Program-made: the position numbers and the translations under genes | IMG/VR virus record: IMGVR_UViG_2706795344_000001 | Coordinates: 32,001 to 96,000 of that record | Strand: one strand, 5' to 3' | Source of the DNA: a virus | Taxonomy: Duplodnaviria; Caudoviricetes | Length of the DNA stretch: 64,000 nucleotides | Notes under the pieces: model-generated | Seen by the model: the letters and a program-made list of their open reading frames with translations, nothing else | Told to the model about the DNA's origin: nothing | Database searches by the model: none | In this document: positions 19,112 through 28,677 of the stretch, piece by piece | Layout: every line of letters begins with the position of its first letter | Numbering within the stretch: the first letter of the stretch is position 1

Positions 19112-21185
19112 CATCCCAACAAATATGATCTGGAAGAAGGTTAAGGGTGAATGGACAATTGGTAAGTTCATGGGTGTAGATTGGAGTGGTATAGTTTGGG
19201 AGGATGAAGGTAAACAACCATGCCCACATTGCCAAGCTAATGGAGAGGATAGGTCAGGAAACAACTTCCATGTTTATGGTTTAGACGAGCTTGGACGTCC
19301 ATTAGGTGGGAAATGTTTTAGGGAAGAGCTAGTCATTGTTTCTGTAGAGAAAGCAATTGATGATGCAAATGAAGAAAGTGGTAATGCTGCCAAGGATTAT
19401 GTAAAGAAGTATGACGGAGGTAAGTCGGTAAATATGTCAGCATTTGATGAGAAGAAGTTAAGTAAAGAAAAAGCCAAACTCAAACGTGAGCGTCTGAGTG
19501 GTGAAGAGTTAAGACAAATCCTAGAAGATACTGGTGACGACCCTAGAATGTTACGTGGTATGGATTTGGAAACCTCTAGGAAATATGATATTCGATATCA
19601 GTATGATACGAGTACAGGTAAAGCAAAAGTAATGATGATTCCAGCATTCATTGAAGAGGATGGTGAGTTTGTTATTACAGGTTATAAATGTCGTAACTTC
19701 CGTAAGAAGAAAGATCAGGAAGGTCACTTCTACTCTATTGGTTACGTAGGTAAACTGAACTGTTTCATGGGCCAGAATATTGCTAAGTCAGCTAACCATG
19801 CACTTATTGTTGGTGGTGAGATTGATGTTATTGCAGCCGATACTCTACTTAAGAAACATTCAAAGCTTAAGCAATACAACAAGAACTATGTTGTATTAAG
19901 CTCATTGGTTGGTGAGCCAGCTACATTTGAAGTGTGTAAACAAAACTACGAATTCATGTCTGGTTTCAGCAAAGTGGTAGTTGCACTAGACAATGATAAT
20001 GCTGGTAAAGAAGCTACTGAGCGTGTTAAAGAAGTTCTTCCAAATGAAACACTATTTGTTGCGAAACTCTCTTATAAGGACCCATGGGTTTATTGGGAGG
20101 AATTCAAAAAGAATGGTAATAAAGAAGCACCTAAAGAATTTGAGAATGATGTTCATTGGAACAGTAAAGTTGTCAAGTCGTTTGGTTTAGTTGGTTCACG
20201 ATCTTTACTATCACGAGCAATTGAGCATGTGGTACGTCCTAAGATTCCTTTACCAGCCTTCTTACGTGATTTGGATGATTATTTTACCGATGGTATTGGT
20301 CTCGGTGAAATCTTTAACATCATCTCTAACACTTCTACAGGTAAATCTGTTTATGTGAATGAGATGATCTCTGATTGGGTTGTAAATGCACCATACAAGA
20401 TGTGTATTTTCTCGTTAGAGGATAACTGTGGTTCATATGGTACTAAGATTGCTTCTCGCTTAATTGGTCGCTCCATTCACCGTGTTAAGGGTGCAGAGAA
20501 TCGTCGTAAGATTCTTGAGGACAATGAAGAGAAGATCATGGAGTTCTTAACTGACAAAGAAACTGGTGAAGATGCATTCTACTTAATTGAAGAGGCATTC
20601 AGTGACTTAGAGCAAGTTAAGCAAGCTATTCTTCAGGCTATTAAAGTTCTTGGCTGTAAGATCATTGTAATTGACCCATTAGTCAACTTGATCTCGCATA
20701 AGACAAATGAAGAGCAGATTGCATTCATGGTGTTCGAAGAAGAGTGTCGTCGTATCTATGATGTGACATTCATTAACGTGTGTCATACACGTAAAATTGG
20801 TGGTGGTGGTTCGAAAGCAGCTTCTCAAGGTGGAGACATCACAGAGGAAGATGTGAAGGGTTCAAGCCAGATTACAGGTTCAGCGACTATCAATATGATT
20901 ATTCGTCGTGACAAAGGTAATCCAGACCCAATCATCCGTAACACTACTGAGATCGACTTGATGAAGAATCGTACAGATGGTACTACAGGTAAGAGCGTTG
21001 CAAAAATCTTCTATCATGGAGAATCACATACACTCATTCCTTATAGTATTGCTGAGGAGAATGACTTCTTCCAAGATGGTCAAAAGGTTGACTTCAATCG
21101 TAAGGGTGTCACACCTGTAACTACACAGGAGGATGCAGAAGATGATAATGAAGTTGTAGACCCTAAAGAAATGGATTTTGCTTAA
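19104..21185 (+). CDS. DNA primase-helicase (T7 gp4-like)
   Basis: CPHC zinc finger; TOPRIM GGEID and DNDNAG; SF4 helicase STGKS, SLED, IVIDP, HTRK, GSSQI and KNR motifs. Confidence 0.92.
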   Translation: MSNIPTNMIWKKVKGEWTIGKFMGVDWSGIVWEDEGKQPCPHCQANGEDRSGNNFHVYGLDELGRPLGGKCFREELVIVSVEKAIDDANEESGNAAKDYVKKYDGGKSVNMSAFDEKKLSKEKAKLKRERLSGEELRQILEDTGDDPRMLRGMDLETSRKYDIRYQYDTSTGKAKVMMIPAFIEEDGEFVITGYKCRNFRKKKDQEGHFYSIGYVGKLNCFMGQNIAKSANHALIVGGEIDVIAADTLLKKHSKLKQYNKNYVVLSSLVGEPATFEVCKQNYEFMSGFSKVVVALDNDNAGKEATERVKEVLPNETLFVAKLSYKDPWVYWEEFKKNGNKEAPKEFENDVHWNSKVVKSFGLVGSRSLLSRAIEHVVRPKIPLPAFLRDLDDYFTDGIGLGEIFNIISNTSTGKSVYVNEMISDWVVNAPYKMCIFSLEDNCGSYGTKIASRLIGRSIHRVKGAENRRKILEDNEEKIMEFLTDKETGEDAFYLIEEAFSDLEQVKQAILQAIKVLGCKIIVIDPLVNLISHKTNEEQIAFMVFEEECRRIYDVTFINVCHTRKIGGGGSKAASQGGDITEEDVKGSSQITGSATINMIIRRDKGNPDPIIRNTTEIDLMKNRTDGTTGKSVAKIFYHGESHTLIPYSIAEENDFFQDGQKVDFNRKGVTPVTTQEDAEDDNEVVDPKEMDFA

Positions 21186-21189
21186 TAAC

Positions 21190-21218
21190 TTGTGAAATCA
21201 AGCAGATGCTGGTATAAT
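21190..21218 (+). promoter_or_regulatory. Sigma70-type promoter with -10 in a hairpin loop
   Basis: TTGTGA-17-TATAAT; AGATGCTGG...CTGGCATCT inverted repeat. Confidence 0.5.
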
Positions 21219-21245
21219 GCTGGCATCTAAATTTTAGGAGGTAAT

Positions 21246-21611
21246 ATGGAAAAGAATTTTGGTAATTTAATTTTAGATTTATTTAAATTAAACACAGGAG
21301 ATGAGGTAATTCGTTTAGCAGATTTTAGAATGCTGTCTGCTGAAGGTGTTGAATATAATTTTTTCTTTGGCAATGTTTATAACTTTGAGATTAATCTTGC
21401 ACACTACAGTAAAGAGTTTGTGAAAGGTCAAGGGGATGTACATAACTTTGTGTTATCTGTAACACAGGGTGCTATTAAAAAGTCTTCAATAATTTCTCAT
21501 GAAGCTTTAAATATCGTTGGTGAACAAGGTCTCATTAAAACTATTAAACGTATTTGTAATGAAATTATTTCTGAGCGTTTGAATGAAGTGTTAGGGGGTG
21601 ATAGTGTCTAA
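21246..21611 (+). CDS. Hypothetical protein
   Basis: Strong RBS AGGAGG. Confidence 0.65.
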   Translation: MEKNFGNLILDLFKLNTGDEVIRLADFRMLSAEGVEYNFFFGNVYNFEINLAHYSKEFVKGQGDVHNFVLSVTQGAIKKSSIISHEALNIVGEQGLIKTIKRICNEIISERLNEVLGGDSV

Positions 21612-23667
21612 GGATTTAAAACTACGTTTTTTCGCAAGTGACTTGGAGGCAACTGGTTTAATCTGGCAGATGATACAACAAGGTGATGATAAGAAGCTTC
21701 ATAACTTTTGTGGTATTGAAATCAAGGATAGTAAGTTTCAAGATATCCAGATGCATCATCCACATACAAAGAAAGCAATTCAACGATTGCAAGATTGGAT
21801 TGATGACCCTGAAAATGTTTTCATTATTCATAATGCCTATACATATGATTTACATGCATTAGAATTATTTGGGTTAGATACATCTAAGATGAAGATTATT
21901 GATACTCTACCGTTATCTTGGTACTTGCATCACGATCGTGAACGTCATGGTCTTGAGTGGTGGGGTGAAGAGTTTGGTGTACCTAAACCGAAGATCGACA
22001 ATTGGGAAGACTTAACACAAGAAGAGTATGATCATCGTGTTATAGAGGACTGTAAGATTCAACGATTGTTATGGATGAAGTTGTGTACTGAATTTGGAGA
22101 GATGTATGGAGTTAAGACTCAAACAGAAGTATATAACCATCCAGCATTTAAGTACATTCAATTTAAGTCTAAGCAATTGGCTGAGCAGATGCGTAATAAG
22201 TGGAAATTTAATGTAGAGGGTGGTAAGAAACTCTATGAGGAATTAGAAGCTGAAATTGCGACACGTACAGAAACATTGAAGTCTGTAATGCCAAAAGTAC
22301 CTAAGTATGCTAAACGTAAGCCACCAGCTAAACCTTATAAAGCTAATGGTGAACTTTCGGCTACAGGTGAGAAATGGAAAAAACTTTGTGAAGATAATGG
22401 GTATGATTTTAATACTTATCGAGGTGAGATTCAGGAACTTACTAAGTATGAGGAACCAAACCCTGCATCATCACAACAGAAGAAAGCTTGGTTGACCAGC
22501 TTAGGTTGGGAGCCAATGACCTTTGAATACAAGCGTCAGCCAGATGGTACTACACGTGCTATCCCTCAGATTAATAAGAAAAACTCTGGTGGATTGGTAT
22601 GTGAGTCTGTATCTTTACTTGCTGAAGAAGTTCCAGAGGTTAAAGCTTTAGAAGGTCTGGGAATTGTTAACCATCGATTTAGTATGGTTAAAGGTTGGTT
22701 AGAGAACCATGAAGACGGGTATTTGATTGCACAAGCTGGTGGATTCACAAACACATTACGTTTGAAACACCGTATTCTTGTGAACATGCCTTCTGGTCGT
22801 GTACCTTATGGTTTGGCTATCCGTGGATTGCTTGAGGCACGTGAAGGATGTACATTAACTGGTGCAGACTTAAGTTCCTTGGAGAACCGTTGGAAGTTCC
22901 ACCATCAGTACCCTTTAGACCCTGATTATGTAGAGGCACAGATGTCAGATGACTTTGACCCTCACTTAGCACTAGCTGAGATGGCAGGGTTATTAGATGC
23001 TGACGATGTAAACTTCTATAAATTATTTGAAAGTGGTTACACCATCCCAGAAGAGTGTTATACTGATGAGCTTAAGCGACGTATTGCTAAAGCTGAGAAG
23101 GATGAAGACTGGAAGCACTCAGAGATTAAGCGTATTGCTAAAATCCGTGGTGTTGGTAAAAATGGTAACTATGCTTTACAATATGGTTCTGGTGTTGAGA
23201 CTTTGGCCCGTACTGCTAAGATTACAAGAAAAGAAGCTACAAAGCTTAAGGCTGGTTATGATAAACTTAACTGGACTATTCCTGTTATCGCTAAAGCACA
23301 GCGTGTTAAGGATTTCAAACATGGACGATTCTTGTACAATCGTGAGAATAAGTTCTGGTATCCATTAAAGGCTGAGAAAGATAGATTCTCTACTCTTATT
23401 CAAGGTAGTGGTTCTTACACTCTCGACTTGTGGATTATGAAGTTCTTCCAGATTCGCAAGAAAGCTATTGAATCAGGCCGTATTAAGTTTGCTAGATTGT
23501 TGGGTACATTCCACGATGAATTGATCTTAGAGCACCGTACAGAGGATTCTGAGGCTATTCGTGAGATGTTAAAGGAAGCTATTGACTTAGTTAATAAATC
23601 ATTAAAGCTTTCTGTAGACTTGACATGTGATATCAAACAAGGTAATACTTACTCGGAGATACATTAA
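21598..23667 (+). CDS. DNA polymerase family A (T7-like, Tyr at the position equivalent to PolI 762) with 3'-5' exonuclease
   Basis: Exonuclease DLEATG, HNAYTYD and EDC; polymerase ADLSSLE (motif A), RGVGKNGNYALQYG (motif B) and FHDE (motif C). Confidence 0.95.
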   Translation: MIVSKDLKLRFFASDLEATGLIWQMIQQGDDKKLHNFCGIEIKDSKFQDIQMHHPHTKKAIQRLQDWIDDPENVFIIHNAYTYDLHALELFGLDTSKMKIIDTLPLSWYLHHDRERHGLEWWGEEFGVPKPKIDNWEDLTQEEYDHRVIEDCKIQRLLWMKLCTEFGEMYGVKTQTEVYNHPAFKYIQFKSKQLAEQMRNKWKFNVEGGKKLYEELEAEIATRTETLKSVMPKVPKYAKRKPPAKPYKANGELSATGEKWKKLCEDNGYDFNTYRGEIQELTKYEEPNPASSQQKKAWLTSLGWEPMTFEYKRQPDGTTRAIPQINKKNSGGLVCESVSLLAEEVPEVKALEGLGIVNHRFSMVKGWLENHEDGYLIAQAGGFTNTLRLKHRILVNMPSGRVPYGLAIRGLLEAREGCTLTGADLSSLENRWKFHHQYPLDPDYVEAQMSDDFDPHLALAEMAGLLDADDVNFYKLFESGYTIPEECYTDELKRRIAKAEKDEDWKHSEIKRIAKIRGVGKNGNYALQYGSGVETLARTAKITRKEATKLKAGYDKLNWTIPVIAKAQRVKDFKHGRFLYNRENKFWYPLKAEKDRFSTLIQGSGSYTLDLWIMKFFQIRKKAIESGRIKFARLLGTFHDELILEHRTEDSEAIREMLKEAIDLVNKSLKLSVDLTCDIKQGNTYSEIH

Positions 23668-23702
23668 TGAGAAAAATTTTATGAAAAAGTTGCAATTACT
23701 TG

Positions 23703-23730
23703 TTGACATTGCTGAAAGTTCTGATAATAT
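23703..23730 (+). promoter_or_regulatory. Sigma70-type promoter
   Basis: TTGACA-16-TAATAT with an AT-rich upstream tract. Confidence 0.55.
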
Positions 23731-23737
23731 GGTTGCC

Positions 23738-23860
23738 ATGAAGGGGAATGTGGATACAGCGACAAAGCTTCCTAGTTCCCACATAACCCTTCAAGAAGCT
23801 CATCAAATTATGGAAAGGTTTGAGGCGAGTTGGGAAAATTACTTCCCGAAGCCTTCAAAT
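23738..23860 (+). ncRNA. Candidate structured RNA (two hairpins) or leaderless small ORF
   Basis: Stems TGAAGGG/CCCTTCA plus ATGTGG/CCACAT, and TTTGAGGC/GCCTTCAAA plus TTGGGAA/TTCCCGA, beginning right after a promoter. Confidence 0.35.
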
Positions 23861-23896
23861 GCAATTTTCAGAGTTGTTTAACAGAAAGGTGGTTCT

Positions 23897-24106
23897 ATGT
23901 TATACTCGTTAGTTTTGGTTGTGTTCTTGAGCAACGGTTCAGAGGATAGAACCACTTTAGTTAAAAATTATCAAGATGATACTTGCATTGAGTCAAGAGA
24001 TATGTTAAGATCACAACTTGATTATTATAACAACTTACCAAAAGGTTCTGGTAAGGATGTTGAATTTGTGGATGCTGAGTGTATAGCTCAGAAAGATTTT
24101 GTTTAG
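23897..24106 (+). CDS. Small hypothetical protein with hydrophobic N-terminus and two Cys
   Basis: RBS AAGGTGG; pattern resembles 61003-61179. Confidence 0.6.
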   Translation: MLYSLVLVVFLSNGSEDRTTLVKNYQDDTCIESRDMLRSQLDYYNNLPKGSGKDVEFVDAECIAQKDFV

Positions 24107-24127
24107 TTAGTTAGAGGATGTAAATTT

Positions 24128-25336
24128 ATGGGTCTTAAAGCTCGTGGTATCAAACGTAATAATTCAGGCAAACCTAAGATCGACTACGAAGCAATTGCAG
24201 CTCAGGTTGATGAAGGTTCTCACGGTGCTCGAATTAGTCAGATTATTGACTTAGGTATGCACCAAGACTCAACCAAATTAAGTAACAAAGGTTACACTGC
24301 CTTTGAAACGGAAGAAGAAGCTGAGCAGTTTATCGAAGATATGATTGCTAAATACGGTGAACGCCACTCAGCTTTTGAGAATGAAGTTGAAGTAGAAGAT
24401 GCTGATGAAGCTAATTTCGATGACAAGAAAACAAAACTTGTTAAGTTGAAAGGTAAAGGTGACAAAGCCGAGTGGGTTGAAGCTAAAGGTGAGAAAAACT
24501 TTGTAGTTAAGATCAATGAGTATGGTGGTTATGATAAAAAAGGTGAGCCTTTAGAATATCAAGAACTCGCTATCATGGCTGACTTAACTGAGTTGGAAGT
24601 TGATTATGGTGGTGACATTGGTATTAAACCTTACCGTGTACTTTTAAACAAGTTCTTCAAAGGTAATATCAATGGATTCCAGTTGAAGAAATCACCTCCA
24701 GAGAAAGATGGTGGTGTTTGGACAGTTAAAAGCAACACTAAGTTGGCCGAGATTGCAACCGCTACTGGTCTTAAGAGTTTACTTCAGGTTGATCTTGAAG
24801 ATGCTGATTGGGCAGAAATGCTTGGACAAGCAATGAATGTGTCATTAACTAAGAGTGGTGACAAAGAGCAATACGTTAACGTTGGGAAGTGTGTTGCACT
24901 TAAGAAGAAAAAGAATCGTAAAACTGGTGAGATGGAAGTTGAAGAAGTTGAAGAACTTGCAGAAGAACCTCTATTGATCACGTTTGACGATGTAACAGTA
25001 GATATCTTGAAGAAGGCGCATCTACGTTACGACATCATTCAGAAAATTAAGAGTGCATCGGACTATGAAGGTTCACAAATGCAAGAAGCTCTTGAAGAGT
25101 ATGAAGAGTGGTTGGAAGCTCAAAATAAATCTAAGCCTAAGTCAGAAGATGAGGACGTAGATCAAGATGATGATGAAGACGACAATGATGACGATGAAGT
25201 TGTTGAAAAACGTAAAGTTACGAAAGTAACCAAAAAGTCGCCAGCTAAGTCAAAAGGTAAGAAAGAGGTTGAGCCTGATGATGAAGATGAAGACGAACCA
25301 GTCGATGATGAAGACGACGAAACTTGGACTGATTAA
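24128..25336 (+). CDS. Putative single-stranded DNA-binding/annealing protein
   Basis: ARISQIIDLGM motif; very acidic C-terminal tail ending ETWTD; position after the polymerase. Confidence 0.6.
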   Translation: MGLKARGIKRNNSGKPKIDYEAIAAQVDEGSHGARISQIIDLGMHQDSTKLSNKGYTAFETEEEAEQFIEDMIAKYGERHSAFENEVEVEDADEANFDDKKTKLVKLKGKGDKAEWVEAKGEKNFVVKINEYGGYDKKGEPLEYQELAIMADLTELEVDYGGDIGIKPYRVLLNKFFKGNINGFQLKKSPPEKDGGVWTVKSNTKLAEIATATGLKSLLQVDLEDADWAEMLGQAMNVSLTKSGDKEQYVNVGKCVALKKKKNRKTGEMEVEEVEELAEEPLLITFDDVTVDILKKAHLRYDIIQKIKSASDYEGSQMQEALEEYEEWLEAQNKSKPKSEDEDVDQDDDEDDNDDDEVVEKRKVTKVTKKSPAKSKGKKEVEPDDEDEDEPVDDEDDETWTD

Positions 25337-25339
25337 TGT

Positions 25340-25588
25340 ATGAAAGCAAGCGTTTCGATTTCCTCAAATGAGTTGAAGCGCTTATTTCACAAGTCAGTTA
25401 AAGAGGGTGGTTTCTCTGAGAGGATTATCTCGGAGACCATCCAAAAATTATTGGTGAGGGTGGAAAAGGATTATCCAAATCTTTTAAAAGGAATTTACCA
25501 ATCATCATATCGTAAGTATCAGAAGCATCTGGCTGATGAAATTAAGCGTCAACGTGACGAAAATATGAAGACAATTTATGGAGGGTAA
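25340..25588 (+). CDS. Hypothetical protein
   Basis: ORF in the operon. Confidence 0.6.
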   Translation: MKASVSISSNELKRLFHKSVKEGGFSERIISETIQKLLVRVEKDYPNLLKGIYQSSYRKYQKHLADEIKRQRDENMKTIYGG

Positions 25589-25591
25589 TGA

Positions 25592-25987
25592 ATGAGTAGA
25601 CTTACTGACTCAGAAGAAAAACACATCAATGAACTAGCAACAGAAGCTGCAAGCAAACGTGGTGCTGGACGTCCTGAAATTGATAGCGAAGCTATCTTCA
25701 ATGAACTTATCTCAAAACCTGAGACGCGAAAGAAAATTCGAGATCAAATTAAATATCTCGTAGCAGAACGTCGAAAGGCTAATGTAGTAAATGAGCGATA
25801 TAAAGATGATGTAAAAGCTACCAAAGAAGTGTTTGGATTGGCAACGTCATTTATCAATAGCACTGTAGATGCAATCGTAAAAGATAAAGTTGATAAGAAA
25901 AAATCAGAAGCATCACAATTCGCTGATTTCTTGCAAATCCTTATGGAAGATGAAGGAATGGAAGACGAATTCGATGAAGAAGATTGA
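25592..25987 (+). CDS. DsbA/GapR-like dsDNA-binding protein (putative)
   Basis: Helical I...V.....N...KD.....KE.FG....IN..V pattern of the T4 DsbA/DUF2312 family. Confidence 0.45.
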   Translation: MSRLTDSEEKHINELATEAASKRGAGRPEIDSEAIFNELISKPETRKKIRDQIKYLVAERRKANVVNERYKDDVKATKEVFGLATSFINSTVDAIVKDKVDKKKSEASQFADFLQILMEDEGMEDEFDEED

Positions 25988-26210
25988 GGTCAAGTACGGA
26001 CCTTATCGATTATTTGACGATGGCGAAGGCCATCGTTTTCTTATTCCAGTAGATGAATATGAAGAGTTTGAAAAGAAACTTAAATTAGTCGAAGAGGTCG
26101 ATGGAGATGAGTGGTATACAGCTTGGAGTGACTTACTAGACGGTTATGATCGTTTAGAAGGGGAATCCTACTTAGTAATTCTGGAGAATGAGGTGATTAG
26201 TGGGATTTAA
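25974..26210 (+). CDS. Small acidic hypothetical protein
   Basis: L.DD..GH..LIP motif; overlaps both neighbours. Confidence 0.6.
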   Translation: MKKIEVKYGPYRLFDDGEGHRFLIPVDEYEEFEKKLKLVEEVDGDEWYTAWSDLLDGYDRLEGESYLVILENEVISGI

Positions 26211-27462
26211 GATGAGAAAGCAGGGAGTCAAGGAACATTACGTTCATGAAATTGATTTTCCTAAGTATGAAAAGAAAAGTAAAGTTGTTTTATTCGATGC
26301 CGACATTTTAGCATTTAAAGTTTCTTCAGTTTGTGAATCACGTTTTGAGTTCACACATAAAGATGATGAGGATGAAGTCTACTTAGCAAAATCAATTACA
26401 GAGTTCAAAGGTTTTCTGGAAGACGAACAATCCCGCTTTGCACAAAAAATTGACAAAGCTGCACGTAAACTTATGGAAGTTAGAAAGTCTGGAGATGAGA
26501 AAGCAATTGCTAAAGCTCAGGCTACTCTGAATAAATGGCGTGAAGCGTTTGAAAATGTTCCGAAGTTTGAAGATTTTATTCGAAAGGACGTACAGATTCC
26601 TGACCCATTCGAGTATTGTGCAAAGACTCTTAATGAAGCTTATGATCGTGTTATGAAGTTACTAAAAGCCAAACATAGTGAAATATATGTGGGTGGTAGT
26701 GAAAATTTCCGATCTAAACTCCCATTACCTTTAGAGTATAAGGTTTCTGTCCGTAGTGATGGTATTCGACCTATACACTTAACTGCTGCCAAAGAACATC
26801 TTATTAAGAAGTTTAATGGCATCAAGGTTAAAGGTATTGAAGCTGATGATGTATTACAGATGCGACAATTTCAGTTGGCTAGTCAAGGTATTGATGTCTA
26901 CATGTATTCAAATGATAAAGATAGAATGCAAGGTTGGTACGGTAAATACTACAATCCAGACAATAATGAGATTAAGGCATTAGATTGCTATTTAGGTACT
27001 ATCAATGAGAAGGGTAAAGGTTGTGGACTAAAATGGTTGTTATTCCAAATGTCACAAGGCGACCCAATTGATGGTTATAGCCCTAAAGAGTGGTACGATA
27101 AAACTTATTATAAGCGTGGATATGGGCCAAAAAGTTTTTATGATGACTTTGCCCACATCGACAATGTAAAAGAGCTTCTGGAGCATTACATCGTCGTACA
27201 TCGTGATAGATTGATGTCTAAAGAGTTTTATACATGGGAAACTTGGGATGGACGTCATGTTAAAGCAAATTGGTTAGGTATCCTTGAGCTGATGTTCTCT
27301 TGTGCTTATATGAAATTGGAAGTTGATGATAAACGTACATTCCGATCTTTATGTCAAGAGCATGGTGTTGATGCTGGTGAAATGATCTTTGAAGTTAAAA
27401 ACATTGAAGACTTCCCAACAGAGGAACTTGGCTGTGTTGCTGAGGAGTATAAGAATGTATAA
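26200..27462 (+). CDS. 5'-3' exonuclease (T7 gp6/FEN-like)
   Basis: FDADI, NFR...YK..R, EADD, NDKD and GDPIDG motifs. Confidence 0.88.
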   Translation: MGFKMRKQGVKEHYVHEIDFPKYEKKSKVVLFDADILAFKVSSVCESRFEFTHKDDEDEVYLAKSITEFKGFLEDEQSRFAQKIDKAARKLMEVRKSGDEKAIAKAQATLNKWREAFENVPKFEDFIRKDVQIPDPFEYCAKTLNEAYDRVMKLLKAKHSEIYVGGSENFRSKLPLPLEYKVSVRSDGIRPIHLTAAKEHLIKKFNGIKVKGIEADDVLQMRQFQLASQGIDVYMYSNDKDRMQGWYGKYYNPDNNEIKALDCYLGTINEKGKGCGLKWLLFQMSQGDPIDGYSPKEWYDKTYYKRGYGPKSFYDDFAHIDNVKELLEHYIVVHRDRLMSKEFYTWETWDGRHVKANWLGILELMFSCAYMKLEVDDKRTFRSLCQEHGVDAGEMIFEVKNIEDFPTEELGCVAEEYKNV

Positions 27463-28057
27463 ACGTGGGTTAATATCTGTACAGGAAGCTGCTCGTGATC
27501 TTGTGAGTAATAAGTTTACTGTAGGGCAGTCAGCATACGTTGCTGATGGTATCTATATGTTGGATTATAACGACTTCGCCAGAGTAGAAAACGGTGTAGT
27601 GGTAGAAAGATGTAGAAATGGAGGAATAGAAATGAATTTAGGTGGACATACACACGAATTTGTTGATTTATCTTTGGATAGAGAAAGAATTAGATCACTT
27701 TCAAATAATTTAACGACCATTAGTGGTAAAATTAGTGGTAGTGGTTTAAAGAGTTTTAGTTTTGATTTGGCACGACGTGAATGCCCTCCAAATAAGGTCG
27801 TTATTTATAATCAACGGGTTTGGAATATTGACAGTTCAGCACGTGATAATCTGGCAATTATGACAGTTAACGATTATTACAAACTGTCAGGTAAGACAGT
27901 CTCTCAAATTTTGGAGAATTCAGTTACAGATCGATTTGATATCGAAGTGTGGTTTGAAGATGACCGTCAATTCCACGTATATAAAAACGACAAACGAATC
28001 TTTGAGAGTAAATCAGCCAAAGCTACAGCTGCATTCATTGAGGGTGGATTGAAGTGA
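27455..28057 (+). CDS. Hypothetical protein
   Basis: RBS GAGGAG before ATG 27455. Confidence 0.6.
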   Translation: MYKRGLISVQEAARDLVSNKFTVGQSAYVADGIYMLDYNDFARVENGVVVERCRNGGIEMNLGGHTHEFVDLSLDRERIRSLSNNLTTISGKISGSGLKSFSFDLARRECPPNKVVIYNQRVWNIDSSARDNLAIMTVNDYYKLSGKTVSQILENSVTDRFDIEVWFEDDRQFHVYKNDKRIFESKSAKATAAFIEGGLK

Positions 28058-28677
28058 TGGATTTTGGGATTGAAGAAGCTGAGCAAGATATCCCTAAAGA
28101 TTTTTCGAAGATGTCTGATGTAGAGTTGAAGCAATTCCTAACATGTACACGACACGTATTCAAGAATGAAGCATCTTTCTTCACTTGGGTACGTAGTGGA
28201 TTAAGACAAGGTTTGTGGATGAAACACCCTATTAAAATGGAGATGTTAAAGTCACAGCGTCGTAAGATTCCTAACCCTAGACCAAACCCACGTAAAGGTG
28301 CTGAGTTAGTTTGGGGTTTCGATTGTGCATGTTGTGGTGGACAGTTCACTGCATCCAATGTCGAGGTAGACCATAAGGTTGGCGAACATAGCTTAAAGAC
28401 CATTGAAGATTTAGTAACTTTCTTTAAGAAAATCATGTTAGTAACGCCATCTGACCTACAGATACTTTGCAAAGGATGTCATGGTATCAAGACATATGCT
28501 GAACGTTATGGAGTAACAGAGACGAGAGCAAAAGCTATTAAGAAAGCAATTGCAACCATCAAAGAAGGCAATCATCAAGAGGAGCTGAAAAGGTTGGGTG
28601 TTCTTAAACTCGTAACTAAAGCCAAGGCTAGGCCACTACTTGAAGATTTATACGAAAGAGAAATCTTGGAGGAATAG
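28054..28677 (+). CDS. HNH endonuclease
   Basis: CACC...VEVDH...LQILCKGCH..KT. Confidence 0.85.
   Translation: MMDFGIEEAEQDIPKDFSKMSDVELKQFLTCTRHVFKNEASFFTWVRSGLRQGLWMKHPIKMEMLKSQRRKIPNPRPNPRKGAELVWGFDCACCGGQFTASNVEVDHKVGEHSLKTIEDLVTFFKKIMLVTPSDLQILCKGCHGIKTYAERYGVTETRAKAIKKAIATIKEGNHQEELKRLGVLKLVTKAKARPLLEDLYEREILEE

Noticed and set aside
23627-23881. 84-aa ORF after the polymerase
   Set aside because: It runs through a promoter and has no RBS. Only the part from ATG 23738 could be real, and it coincides with RNA hairpins.
25140-25330. GAT/GAC/GAA-rich low-complexity repeat
   Set aside because: It simply encodes the acidic tail of the SSB-like protein.
28054-28677. HNH gene as a mobile homing endonuclease
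   Set aside because: It sits coupled within the nuclease operon in a position typical of a core phage nuclease, and no interrupted host gene is seen.
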